From Lepidodermella squamata (taxonomy: Eukaryota > Animalia > Gastrotricha), in the NCBI GenBank assembly GCA_047495785.1, contig JBLDXI010000013.1, positions 3,782,001 through 3,846,000 of the forward strand: 64,000 bases of DNA. The letters are read 5' to 3'. The position numbers and the translations under genes are program-made. Shown one piece after another: positions 1 to 12,544 of this stretch. A model generated the notes under the pieces. That model was given only the letters and a program-made list of their open reading frames with translations, was not told the origin of the DNA and made no database searches. The number at the start of each line of letters is the position of its first letter. The stretch's first letter is position 1.

Positions 1-1973
1 TTCATTTCCCGCATGGACGACCCGAACTTTTCACGAACTGTCATTGATCCCCAGACAGGTCAGGAAGTTACGCTATCCGATAAGGATCTCGAGCTCGTGC
101 GAAATATTCAGCGAGGGAACTATCCAGATCTTAGTCACGACCCCTATGAGCCCTGGGTTGATTTGTATTCGCACGAAGTTGAGCAATTTCCAGCTGTCGA
201 TGTTCCACCTAGCAAGCGTAGTTTCTTGCCATCTTTGGCGGACCGTGTCAAAATTGGCCGAATGGTTCATTCTATTAAAATGGGTTGGATGAAACCCCGA
301 GGCGCCAAGCCGTTGTTTGCAACTGATCAGCAAGAGAAGTACTATTTGATGTGGCGTGACGGCGAGGAACCGGAAACCAACAAACACTACAAAACTCGCA
401 TTCCAGCTCCGAAATTGCCGTTACCGCCCACGACTGAGTCTTACAACCCACCTGCTGAACACTTGTGGACACCTGAGGAGAAGGCGAAGTGGGAGAAAAC
501 CGACCCAGAAGATCGTCGTCAAAATTACGTGCCTCAAAAATATAACTCGCTACGTCAAGTGCCGGCCTTCTCTCAGTTTATCCAAGAGCGCTTCCAACGC
601 TGTCTTGATCTGTATTTGTGCCCACGTGCTACGAAAAATAAGACTCCAATTGATAATCCTGAGGATTTGTTGCCGAAATTGCCTCGACCCCGTGACCTGG
701 AACCTTTCCCGAAAACAGTCAGTGTTACCTACACAGGTCACACGTCACTTGTTCGATCTGTCTCGCTCGATTACAGCGGTCAGTGGTTGGTATCTGGATC
801 AGATGATGGCACAGTTCGTTTCTGGGAAGTTTCAACTGGACGTTGTATGCGAACTGTCACGTTAGCAAGCGGCAGTCCTGTTAAACAAGTGGCATACAAC
901 CCGAATCCTCAACTTACCTTAGTTGCTGCTGTCGTGTAAGTTTTTAATCATAATCATTCATCTGATCGAAATTTTGGACTTTGCCTTTCCTGGTTAAGCG
1001 CAGGAAATGCCATCAAAAATGAGATAACTCCCACTGTTTTTTGTTGTTGTGCTTAAATCTTATCTCATCGGATGCTTTGCTGATTACTAATTATTCTAAG
1101 TGCGTGTCTGTTTATTCGTATAGCGGTAACGAGTTGGTGCTAATCAACGCGGGATTAGGAGATAAGGTGCTAGTCGAGGCGACCGCCTCGCTGTTTTCTG
1201 ATATCTCTCCATCGAAACCAGTTGTAGTCGAGGGAAACAACGCAAATGTAAAATGGAGCGTCCCTAAATCGTCGGCGAGTAGCGGCGGGGCTATTCTCAT
1301 GCGAATCGAGCACCAAAAAGAGATCGGACGTGTCGATTGGCATGCTAAGGGCGACTATTTCGTCGTAGCTATGCCCCAAGGCCTAAGTCAGTCGGTCTAC
1401 GTTCATCAAATGTCGAAACGGCGAACGCAGAACCCGTTCAAAAAGGCGAAGGGCATTGTTGGAAGTGCTTTATTCCACCCGACTAGGCCGCAACTGTTTG
1501 TGGTCACCCAGCAATCGATCCGGATCTATGATTTGTTGAAACAGCAGCTGTTGCGTAAATTAACTGCGAATTGCAAATGGATTTCTTCGGCCGAAATTCA
1601 CCCGAGTTCTGGCGATCACGTTTTAATTGGCAGCTACGATTGCCGGTTGAACTGGTTCGATTTGAACTTATCACCCAGGCCGTATCGAATGATTCGACCT
1701 CACCAATCTGCTGTTCGGCGTGTAACTTTCCACAAAAGGTACCCACTTTTTGCGTCGTGCTCTGACGACGGGTCGATTTTGGTCAGTCATGCGACTGTGG
1801 ATGATGATTTGCTCACAAATGCGACGATTGTTCCTTTACGAGTGCTGCGAAATGGTCACGATGTTGCGTCGGATAAGCATAATGGCTTAGGTGTGCTGGA
1901 TTGCGTCTTCCACCCCACACAACCGTGGTTGATTTCGAGCGGAGCTGACGGCAAAATTTGCCTGTGGACTTGA
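1..1973 (+). CDS. BOP1: Ribosome biogenesis protein BOP1/Erb1 (5'-partial; exons <1..935, 1124..1973)
   Basis: BOP1NT motifs (KRSFLPS, IPAPKLPLP..ESYNPP, ERFQRCLDLYLCPR, LLPKLPRPRDLEPFP) followed by WD40 repeats ending FHPTQPWLISSGADG. A GT-AG intron at 936..1123 joins the two ORFs in frame. Confidence 0.96.
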
Positions 1974-2086
1974 GAAAAGTCTCGCGCTGAGAAAAATTGT
2001 TGTGCAAAAATACCGCTCAATAATAGCTGAAATTCTTTTAATTTTTCTTACTTAATTTTTTATAGGCTTGATTTATATTGATAAAA

Positions 2087-3862
2087 ATGCTGCCAATTGC
2101 GGCGAACCTAAGTTCGAGCCAAGTCACAGTCAATTCGTTGACTATATCCGGCATTTTAAAATCGGTGCCGAGTAACTTATGGCCGGAAAGTTTTGCTATG
2201 AAGGAACTCCGGCCTCGATCAGCTACCGACGCAATACCTGTTGATCACGATTTTATTGTAATAGCTGAATTTTGCGAAATCGAAGGCCCAAAACCGACAA
2301 TTATTCTACCAGAGGATTACAGCGCGCTATTCGATTTGGATGGTTATATGTTAAGAATTTTTTCGGCTGATACCTCCGGCCTGCAATTATCGCCGAATTT
2401 CTCGTCAGGAGCGCTTTTAAATCGACCCGATTGTGAGTCGTGCATTTTCGATCGAGTTACTGGAACTCACGCGTTTGTTCATTACGTCACTTTACGCGAC
2501 GCCTTCGCCCGTGGTTACGTTAGGCCATTTGCTATCGTTTATCTAACGCCGAGTGAGGAGAAATTACAATCACAAATGGACCGAGTTTGCTCTGCCCTTC
2601 GAAATGCCGTCAGCGAAATGAGGCGGGCTAATATTACCCTATTTAGCGCTCAGTTGGTGAAAAGGCTCGAAAATATGTCACCTGGTGATCAAAAATACGA
2701 CCAACTTCAAATTTTGTTGAAAGAATTCAGTCAATCACTAGACAAATCCGTCGGAGAGGTCGTAGAAACTGCGACTCAAGTTCGGGACCAAAATTGCCCG
2801 TCGACAATAGGCACTATATGGGAGTTATGCGGTCAGGAGACAATCGATCATATTCAGGCAAATTTTTCGCGACTTCTCGAGAATTTAAGTGGCTCACCCT
2901 CGGCGCTATCAGTCACTGCGCTGCGATCGTTGGCGCTGGATCTGGCAAATGGCAGTCAATCGATCGTTTTTATGAATAGGTTGGCCTTATTGCCTAAGCT
3001 TTGCTGCAACGGGCCGCCGAACCAGGCGGCTGATTTTTCCCTACTTTGTAATTCCCAACCAACAGAAGAAATTGGCACGGCGATTCCGATTCAACGAAGC
3101 AACGATTTGGTTAAGGCGGAGCAGTCTGATTCAGACTCGCTAACTTTCGTCGAAAGCATCAGCCCGCCGAATGAATTTGCCGGTCTGAATTCGCCGAACT
3201 ATCTTCACCAATGCATGCGGTCTGCGCCTAATACTAACAAACAACCCACGGCGAATCTCGACATAGTAGCTCTTACCCTACCCTACCTAACCCAGTGCTC
3301 TTGGCCTAGAGGGGTGATACCTGACCTGCTTGAAAATAACCATAAAACCATCGCCCAAGCCCTGATATGGCTTGCAGTCGGTTTACCCCTAGTAATTGCT
3401 GGCGAGGAGAGCGAATTTCTCGACGAATTAGCCTCTGAACTCGGCAGCCTGAGCCCTAGTAGTTCGATGTACGTGAATGAAGACGTTTTGGCACTTCGAG
3501 GGATTACAGTCGTAACCGCTTCTTCATCAGTGAAAACTCCAGTCGATCTACCGACAAGTTCGCCATCCCTGTGGGTCGAGCGCGATGATAAAGGCAAAGT
3601 TATAGTGACAGCGTGGGGTCCAAATCTGGCCTATTGGCCGTTTTCTCGATTGTTTCGACGAGCTGCTCGTTTCTACTTGCCCTTGCCGTTAATTAGACTG
3701 CTGGTAGCAAATTTCTGGACCTTTCTAGTACAATTAGCTTTTCTTCAACCGAACGACCAAACCTTGGACTATATGCTGAAACGTCTTGGCTTATACCCGG
3801 CAGACAATCGCTTCATTCCAGCCGCGATAAGCCATTTGCGATGGCTCGCTTCGCTATGCTGA
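2087..3862 (+). CDS. SMCR8: SMCR8-like (folliculin/SMCR8 longin-DENN) protein, single exon
   Basis: DFIVIAEFCEIEGPKP and HYVTLRDAFARGYVRPFAIVYL match the SMCR8 N-terminal longin motifs. First ATG at 2087. Confidence 0.8.
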   Translation: MLPIAANLSSSQVTVNSLTISGILKSVPSNLWPESFAMKELRPRSATDAIPVDHDFIVIAEFCEIEGPKPTIILPEDYSALFDLDGYMLRIFSADTSGLQLSPNFSSGALLNRPDCESCIFDRVTGTHAFVHYVTLRDAFARGYVRPFAIVYLTPSEEKLQSQMDRVCSALRNAVSEMRRANITLFSAQLVKRLENMSPGDQKYDQLQILLKEFSQSLDKSVGEVVETATQVRDQNCPSTIGTIWELCGQETIDHIQANFSRLLENLSGSPSALSVTALRSLALDLANGSQSIVFMNRLALLPKLCCNGPPNQAADFSLLCNSQPTEEIGTAIPIQRSNDLVKAEQSDSDSLTFVESISPPNEFAGLNSPNYLHQCMRSAPNTNKQPTANLDIVALTLPYLTQCSWPRGVIPDLLENNHKTIAQALIWLAVGLPLVIAGEESEFLDELASELGSLSPSSSMYVNEDVLALRGITVVTASSSVKTPVDLPTSSPSLWVERDDKGKVIVTAWGPNLAYWPFSRLFRRAARFYLPLPLIRLLVANFWTFLVQLAFLQPNDQTLDYMLKRLGLYPADNRFIPAAISHLRWLASLC

Positions 3863-4353
3863 GACTGCTTCTCCAAAGCCACAGTTTTTCATTAATATTT
3901 TTGCTATGAGAAAAACTATTTTATGTGATATATCACTTCTTGGACACGACGATGATATTTACCTAGTTTGATTTCGTAGCACCCAGCTAGAATATTTAAA
4001 ATTTTCATTTCGAACAATAATTTTGAGGAACATTTCATTGTATTGTATATTGTAATTTGAATGAACCGATGAACTAAATCGTAACTTCCACATCACCAAG
4101 TATTATAACCGAGCTCATGTAGCTTCGTTGTTTTATTGCGCGTAAATTATATGATCAACCAACGTTGAAAAGTGTCACTGGACGTGATTATTTTTACCGT
4201 GCAATCTCCGATCGTTATTATATTATGAAAAAAAGAAGTCAAATTTCGCAATAAAAGAAAAGAAATTAGCTCAATGAGAGAGAAAACTGTTAGTTTCTTT
4301 GTGTTATTGTTTTTTTCGTACGAAAGTGATGATGAAAAATCAACTGGTATGTT

Positions 4354-7159
4354 TCACATGTAGGAAAGAGCTTTAACAGAATGATTGCCGCGGTCGATGA
4401 CGAACACGCGTTTTGTGCCGTCGGTGGCCCAAGTTGCGACGCCTCGCGGCCGGTTGAACGCGTTCTCGCGCGGCTGCAGCGAAGCCAAGTACTGCCCGTC
4501 CTTCGTGTACATCTGAACGCGATTGTGCTGCGAATCTGCGACCAAAATGTTGCCATATCTGTCGACGGTTATGCCGGCTGGAGCGCCCAATCGACCGCGA
4601 CCTGTTGCTCCGATTTCAGCCTTGAAAACGCCTGTAATTTATAGCAGATTTTTCTAAAATTGTGACCAGCTAAAATGTGAGTCTCTAACCTGTTTTATCC
4701 AAAATTTGGACCCGATTATTGGCCGAATCAGCGACTAAAATGTCATCGTTGAGTCCGCATGCGATGAAGACCGGGCAATTAAATTGACCCGGGCCGCTAC
4801 CCTGGCGACCGATTCTGCCTAGTAAGGCCCCTTCTCGATTGAAAACGAATAATCCATTTGAATCTCGGTCGCTTGCAATAATTCGACCGCAGCTGTTTAC
4901 AGCTACATGAAGGGCTTTCCGCAAGATTTTGTTTTGAAACGAAGAAACCATGAGGCCGGTATTTAAGTCGAAAATTTGAATTGTATCAGCAGATAACCGA
5001 CCCTCTTCAGCAATGGTTACTTTCGGGCAAATAACCTCGCGAAATGTTCCTGAATTGAAAATAGCAATACTTCCCGGGTAGTTTCGACCACCGTCACCTG
5101 CTACACTGAATTTGCTCTTGAACGCGAAGGTGTTCGGATCGAAAATTTGAATGCGTTGATTTTCGAATTCAGCGACTAGAAGGGCTTCATCGTCAGGTGA
5201 AACCAAAACAGAGACGGGTTTATTGAATTTCCCGTCATCTGAACCTTTATCACCAACAATTGCGATGGGCTCGTTCGCCTCGGCTTGAAATCTAAGGTCG
5301 ACGCAATCGAGCGGGAATCCGTTCAACTCAGCCTGAGCTCCGTAATCACCGTATTGAGACGCCAAAAATACGGTATTGTAACACCCTCCCTCGCTTTTGA
5401 ACGTAGTCTTGCATTTCATGATAATTTCACATTCCGGGTCGACTATATTCAAATTTAGTGGGTATTCTTCCGATGATAACGAATTTCCGTCCGTATCTTT
5501 GAGCACGGTAGTTATGTGAGAAATTTGCCCGGCTGTTGCCTTGCTAGTTCGCAGTTCGATTGCTGCCGGCATTTGGCGCCGCTGCGGGCCTGGAATCAAT
5601 CGCTCACAGATTTCTTGCATTTCTGCTTCTTCGAGCGTATTTTCGTTGAATAGCTAGTCAAAATAAATAATATAATATTTAGTTTAATATCGATTTAAGG
5701 GCGCAATTATATTGGCCTTGTGTTCGGTGGACAATCAATTTTCTACTGATTCAGTAAAAACAATGGAGTTGGGTGGCAAAGCTATCACAACAAATTTCTG
5801 ATTTTGAATTTACCAGAAAGTATCGGGGTTCCATTTTTGTCTCTTCCAGCTTTTTCGCCATTTCAGCTAGCTCGTTTACCTCTGACTGAGCTTTGCCATC
5901 CAAAACCCACCCTGGCGATCGAGAAGCAGCTTTTTCGTTTACTTCTCGTCGCTTTTTCTCCAGATTTCGCGTTAAATCGATAAGATCACACGTTTCATTT
6001 CGAACTGACTGCCTTCTTTCCAGCATTTCACTTCGAACTAGTTCAGAAATGGGTTGAAAAAATCGAAAGCAGTTCGATAACCCTACCTGCATCTTGCAAT
6101 TTTCGAAGACGAGCGGCTAGAATTTTTGCGACTGATTCTCCGATTTTATTGAGGCGGAGGCAAACGATATCTTCCGCGACATTCAAGTTGTTGAGCTCAG
6201 ACTGACCTTTCTGGATCAACATCTTCGAGTTTTGCACGACACCCTCAGCCCAGCCAATTTTATCCATGATTTCCTTCATCGCATCGCCGACAACTTCTTG
6301 CAAGTCGACAATCATGTGACCCTCAGCTTCTTTGTGGTCCAAAACCGTACAGTTTGAACAAATTCGAAGTGAGCATTTTTTGCAGTAGAACAAGAGCGGC
6401 CATTTCGAATGTTTCGCGCACGTTTCTTCGGCAGCGGGTAGTGTAGGTGAACCGGAGGCGACGGTCAAACTCAACCCGCCGCTATCTGGGGTGTCCTCAG
6501 GCAGTGCCAGGGCAGAAGGACCGGTTCGATTGACTTCTTTCATCAAATCATTCATTTGAAGAACGTAGAAGTTGGTTTGAAAAGCGGCTGGGCCGCCGTT
6601 AGGAATAGCTATCAACCGCCTACATTGTGGGCAGCTTATAATGGCCCGAATCGGCGAATTAGCCGGTGGGTTTCTCATATTTCCGGCCGTTGCTGGTTTT
6701 TGCTGAATCACCATTTGTTCCAAACACCGCCTGAATTTAAAAAGCAAAATTTGAGGAAATCGTCTAAATATGTTTACCACTGTAATTGAGGTTTCAGTAT
6801 TTCTAGCATCCTTCCACTAAATTTTTCCCATTATTTGAGATTTCGGCAAAATTCGCTTGAAAGGGGGATCTATTGGTTATGCGTGGTAATGAATAAAATT
6901 TGGAAGTCAAAACTCGAAATGTTTTGGAAAAATATGGTGCGGGAACCCTAAATTTAGGGCGCCCTACCTTCTATCTATTTTTGAATATTTACCTGCAAAA
7001 AGTGTGAAAACATGGTAAAATTTTTGGCTGGCGTCCACTGCTCTCCGAATCGTGATAACGCTCGAGGCATATTGAGCAAGTCAGTAAATCGTCGGTGGTC
7101 GCACCCGTAGGTTGGGCGGCTGGTTTTGTGGCCAGATCGGTACCTTCTAAGTCTGACAT
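4354..7159 (-). CDS. TRIM-NHL protein (RING, B-box, coiled coil, filamin-like, NHL repeats; TRIM2/3-like), about 5 exons
   Basis: Exon 7159..6993, missed by the ORF track, encodes the RING start LLTCSICLERY..PKILPCFHTFC and splices to CLEQ..ISCPQCR. B-box CAKH..LFYCKKCSLRICSNCTVLDH. NHL repeats (GQFNCP, ILVADSANNRVQI, PAGITVDRYGNILVADSQHNRVQ). Confidence 0.9.
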
Positions 7160-7807
7160 TGAATCTTGGGCTGAAATAGTTCTTCTGACCTATTTTTGAA
7201 AATAGATGCATGATTAATTTTTTAGCTGGCGAGACAGATTACGCCCACCTTATTTGCAAGTGAAGCTAGACGTACCCTTCCTTCGGCGGAAATTCTTGGC
7301 TGAGATGACATTTATTATATAGGTGATGAACTCCTTTTTCACCGCATTTGAACTCGGCGAAAATTATAGCAAGTGCTTGGAGTATAATGATTTGAGTTCG
7401 TAGGTAATGATCGCGGAGAAATGTTTTCGCGCTTGGTTGAAATGCACCGTGTTTATATGTATTGCTAGTTTTGCGTGCAGGTAGCTGCTACGCATCGGAA
7501 AAATGCCTTGTGGCAATTAGGTATTCGATATATAACGATCGATTTATACCGTCTTACTTCGCGGGTCAATCTAATTCTCAATTTTTGCGAGCTATTCTAT
7601 TAATAATTGATGCTACATTTCGATCGTTTCAACCTGCGTCAACTTGCGATCTCTCTCGACAATAATTTATCGCGTGTTCGTGGCGAAAAAAATCAAAGAA
7701 AATCAAACAAATCTGCCTTGACATGAAAAATTGAGCAAAGAAATCTATAAATTAATGATGCAATTTTTTGTTCGTTCTAGGTGTGATCCTTAAATAAATT
7801 TGCAATA

Positions 7808-8287
7808 ATGGCAGGGCGATATGCGAAATGTCTGCGTCTTTTAGAGAGCTGGCCCCTAGATACGTCGAAAGCCGGGCGTGACCTGGGCAGTGAAGTTCGC
7901 GAGTGGGTATTTCGAACTTTCTCAAGTGGAGAAGCAACGCCGTTACGCGATACGAACAGTGTAGACCGAACAATCAACGCCCTGTCTCGAATTGTTAATG
8001 ACCAAGCTCGGAAAACGTATAACACCGAGACAAATATTCGACTAGGCGCGGTCTCGGCCTCAGCAACTCAATGCCGGCAGTTGATTTCTACCGAAGCTAT
8101 GGCGTATTTCGAGGAGCAATATTACAAAAAATGGTGGAGGCGTGTTTTTATATTCTCGAAAAAGCACCCAGCTCGCGTTTTACCCGCCGATCCAGTCGCG
8201 GCTGCTGAAGAAATTAAAATTCTGCGTCAAGCTAGGTGGAAAGTTACCGATCAAGCGCCAGCTCAAACTCAGGAAAAACAACAATAA
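7808..8287 (+). CDS. UQCC2: Ubiquinol-cytochrome c reductase assembly factor 2
   Basis: N-terminus RY..CLRLLESWPLDTSKAGRDLG matches the UQCC2/Cbp6 signature WPxDxxKxGRDLG. Confidence 0.85.
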   Translation: MAGRYAKCLRLLESWPLDTSKAGRDLGSEVREWVFRTFSSGEATPLRDTNSVDRTINALSRIVNDQARKTYNTETNIRLGAVSASATQCRQLISTEAMAYFEEQYYKKWWRRVFIFSKKHPARVLPADPVAAAEEIKILRQARWKVTDQAPAQTQEKQQ

Positions 8288-8537
8288 TTAAGGTGGGTAT
8301 TTTTTCAAAAAACCGTCTCGCTTTTTTATTCCGTTTTTACAGGATTGTCTAATTTCATTTGAGCCTAGTTTTAGTGCTGTAGAGCCGTGTTGTGAAATAC
8401 GAAAAAATCGACATAGAAAAATTAAAGATCATATACAAGAGAGCTGGCAGAAAAATTGGCACAATGCTTATTATAAGCTTCGCTTGAAAATTGATAGATT
8501 ATAAAATGATGAGATTAACTATAAATATTGCGTATAA

Positions 8538-11500
8538 TTAGTTATTGTTGCCCTTTTGCCGCGAGACGTACGGATAAGCCCAAGCGTTGGGTGCCGCGAC
8601 ACCTTTTACGTTTCCACTGAAAAATGAATGAAATGAAAAAGATTGAAATGAAACAAAAACGAAATATACCCAGGGCCGTAGTTGCACACGAGTACGTATG
8701 ACCAGCTTCCAGCACATTGAGCCTTCGCGCAGCCTATCGTGATCGTATCAGCCCAGATCATTTGCGTATAGTGGCCAACAACACTATCAGCCGGGAAAGG
8801 TCCGATGCCGTAGACCCATCGTTCGCGTTCCGAGGCCCAGTCGTCGATGCATTCAGTCCACGGCTGGTCGTAAGACGCGAAACAGATATTTTGACCGATC
8901 CATGGCCATTGCCGATTGCCGGTTGTCAAAGAACGTGACGCCCCGGTGCCGTAGCCCTCCGGGCATTGGGCAGCCCAGCGTTCGGCGGTTGTAGCCAGGG
9001 AGTCGTCCCATTGCAGATCTGGCATGCTTTCCGCTTCAGGCTCCACTCGTCTTCTCCAGTAATTGTGACGATCCAAGATTTCGTTTTGGTTCACACCTAT
9101 TTTATTCAGGACAATTTTTAAATTTCAATGAATTGGAAAATTTGCGACTCAATTTCGATTTTTACTTACATGGTAATTCGACCAAGGAAGGACCGTCACT
9201 CATACAGCTTGTGTGGGTCGCGGGCACTCCAGGTAGGCATTGAGGCTAAATTCCATTGAAAGTGGTTGAAAAAATTAAAATTCTCACTCAAGCCCAACTT
9301 ACCCCTCGAGGACGAGTGCATTTTGGAGGTTGAATAGGTTTAGGTGGTACTTTGACAGGAATAGGGACCTGCGGGGGAGCCGGTGCCGGGGCTTGAGGCC
9401 TTGGAGGAGGGGGCGGCGGTGGTGGCGGGGCCAAGTTCTTCGGCGGAACGACAACCTTGGCTGGAACTGGCGGGGGAGCCGGGGCTTTAGGTGGCACAAC
9501 GACCGGCTTATTCACAGCGGGCATGGTCACTGATTCACAAGAAACCTTGCAAATTTCTTCGGTTGGGAAATTATTGCCCTGTTCACGTGGGCATCCCCAG
9601 AAGGGCAGGCACCGTTGCTGGATCCCACTGTAGGTATACCGAACTTCGAGTTGGCAGAAAGAAACGTCAGCCAAGCTCAAACGGCCCGTGCAGCCTAAAT
9701 AAATCGATTAAAAATCTCAATTTGAGACGTGAAAATTCAATGAACTTACGCATTTGAGGATTTTGTGCGGCCAAATCTTGACATTTCGGCTGTGGCGACC
9801 ATTTTCCACCCGGCTGGCAGACAATATATGACTGACCCCACATTTTCATACCCTTCGAACAGCGATATTCCACGAAATCCCCGACAACAATATCCTTGAT
9901 CGTAGCGTATGATTGCGAGACGATTGTTGCCCCTACAACATCTGGCGGTGCTCCACACGGCGCCTCGGTGATACATTTCGGCGACGCAGTCCAAGTTCCG
10001 TCGTCCTTGCACTCGACCTTAGCAGATCCCTCAAGTTTCCTACCTCGATTGCACATGTAAACCGCGAAATCGCCGACATTACTCGCCTGGCCGGCGAAAG
10101 ACTGGCGCGAAATCGTGCTCTCCCCAACATTGGGCGCCGCTCCGCACGACACAGCTTTCGCGCCTTGAGTTATTAAGGAGGAGCAGTGATAGTCGCATTC
10201 GTCCATTGAATCGAAGTTATTGCCAGCATTTCGACGGCACCCGGCGATTTGCCTGCATCGTTTAAGGAAGCTGTCAAACGACCAGCGTAGCTGGATTGTA
10301 TCGCAGCGGGTCAAATCGTTGACAGAGAGGGTGTTCTTGCAGCGGTTGGGGTCGGGCTTGATCGCGTTGCCGCCGGCGTTGGCTGGCGCTGGGGTTGTTA
10401 CAGCGTAGCAGCTTGCGGTGCAGTCGTCGATTTTGTCGAAGTTGTTGCCGGTTGTGCGGTTGCAGCCGAGAAATTGCACGCATTGCTTGACGTCGCGGTT
10501 GAATGACCAGCGCAGTTGTTGCGTATCACAGTTGACGAAATCGACGAGGAGCAAGGACTCGTAGCAACCTAGCGATTATTTAACAGAATAATTTGAATTT
10601 CTAATTAATAGTCTTTTCCATTGTATTTGAAAATAAAAATGGCATTTTTTAGGTGTTAGTTATAATCACATAGAAGGTCATTCTAATTGGCATGAGGGAT
10701 ACCGCGACTAAACGCCCGAATCGACATTTCAATCTTTTTCAAACTTTTTGTGACCCTGAACTCCTCTACCAGCTATAATACAAATCTTAAAATTGTAAGA
10801 TAACGTCAGAAATCTTTAGCTAACACAATCTTTCAAGTCAATCAAATTTGAGTTTAAGTTGAGATCTTAACGTTTTGAACTATAAATTGTTCGAACTATT
10901 CATCAAGCAGCTTTAAGCTAGGCAAGAGAGTATGCAATATCGATAATGTAAAAAAAAATCGGCTTGTTATTGTCAAAAATTAAGAAATGTGAAGAAATAT
11001 GAAATTCCTGTGGTTAAACCTTAAATTTAGCTGTTATTTCATAGCGTACTTTCATTCGAGACCAATTGATCAAGCTCTATTCGAAACTAAGGCAGAATCT
11101 ATACAAACTATTCGGAAAAACTAAATTTTTATCAATTTTTAACCTTAATTTCAATCAAACCGACTGTTGTTTGAAGGAGCTTCAAATTCCTAAAAATATT
11201 ATTTTGCTTATGATCGCTTACTAAGAGCTTATTAAAACAGTTAATTTCAACCGATTTTTCTGATTATTTTGAGAATATTGAGAACGTTGAGACCACTCTC
11301 GAACTAGTAAGAATGCTCGCACCCGCTTCGAATAGGCTTTCGTATTGTTCACATCGCGTTGAGAAAATTGCCTATGGCGAAACAAGCGATATAACTCGAG
11401 TATAAAATTTAGAATAAGAAAACAGAAAAGCTGTTTAATTTCGTAAATTAATGAAATGTTATTCCCGAACTCTGAAAATTCAAAAAAACGGAAAGAAACT

Positions 11501-11588
11501 TACGCGCATCTTCCGAACTTGCGCGTTGCAGTAAACCAAACAGCAGTATTATGCTCGCGATTGGAAAAATCGTCCGAGTTTGTAACAT
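8538..11588 (-). CDS. Secreted mosaic protein: signal peptide, 2x Kunitz, 2x sushi/CCP, Kunitz, Pro-rich linker, CAP (SCP/CRISP) domain; 6 exons
   Basis: Exon 1 (11588..11504) encodes MLQTRTIFPIASIILLFGLLQRASSEDA. Three six-Cys Kunitz units (GC....GNNF....C...C). Two CCP units (C.A.P....Y.C..G.....C...G.W...PKC). CAP motifs HNYWR, GQNI, GHYTQMIWA, LVCNYGPGGN. Splice phases checked and consistent. Confidence 0.88.
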
Positions 11589-12544
11589 TTTTGTCTAAAA
11601 CGGCTGCTCAAAAGAAGAAAAGAGATAAACCGGTTATTTCTAGCCGAGCGACGTCTCTCTGTCTCGCGCTGCGGCGAAAAACAATAGCGCATCTCACCAC
11701 TTTGTTTAAGGTGGATAGATGATGAGTAGGCGTGTTGTTAGATAAGTAGGTTAAGGTTGTTCGCGAGCGCGCGCAAACTACAGAGGCCCACAAAAATTAT
11801 GTGCGTTTGTTTGTTTGTTTGTTGCTTCAAGAGCCAACTATTAAACACACACAGCTTTGTTTTCTGTCGCCGAATACCGCCATATACTACTATTTAGGTA
11901 CGTGTCGGTGTGAATCGCTGCTAATAGCCACTATTTAGCGCTATTTACCGTTGTTTTGTGTATTATAAATGTACCTGATGATGATGAAAAGTTGTGTTAT
12001 TTATTGCACAGATTCGAACAAATAACGCGTCTCACTGCGAATTTCGGCAACAGCAGCGGGAGAGCGCTGAAATATCTGGTTTGTTGCGGTGTACAGCGTC
12101 ACGTCAAATGACAGCAGCGGTGTACGTATAATTATTATTATATGTTGTAGTTGCAAAACTTTTTAAACTTTTCTCTCGCGCGCGCGGCACTCAACACGCG
12201 ACATTTTTCGCCGTGTTGTTGCGCGCGTTTTCGCGGCTTATCACGTTAGCGCATTTTCATCATCTATCCCACAGTCTGTAGCAATACGTCAAGTACACGA
12301 ATCCTCAGCTTGTGGTGATGAAAATCGCGGTTGTTCCGCGGAAAACAGCGCACATTATTTTTCCGCATCTCTCTGGTCTGGTCAAGCGGTGATTCGAAGC
12401 CGAGATTTGAACAACGACAAAACAACAACAACATAATAAAAAAATAACCACGGAAATACACAGTGCGAAAACAGCACGATATCTCTAATAATGTTTTTTT
12501 ACTTGATAATTGTATAGAGAAAATATTGTTACACGCACTGTATA

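Noticed and set aside
6946-6959. 14-bp palindrome CCCTAAATTTAGGG in the TRIM-NHL intron
   Set aside because: A single short palindrome with no TSD or other support; could be chance.
10569-11503. Possible MITE in the first intron of the Kunitz-CAP gene
   Set aside because: AT-rich and oversized, but no terminal inverted repeats could be identified by eye.
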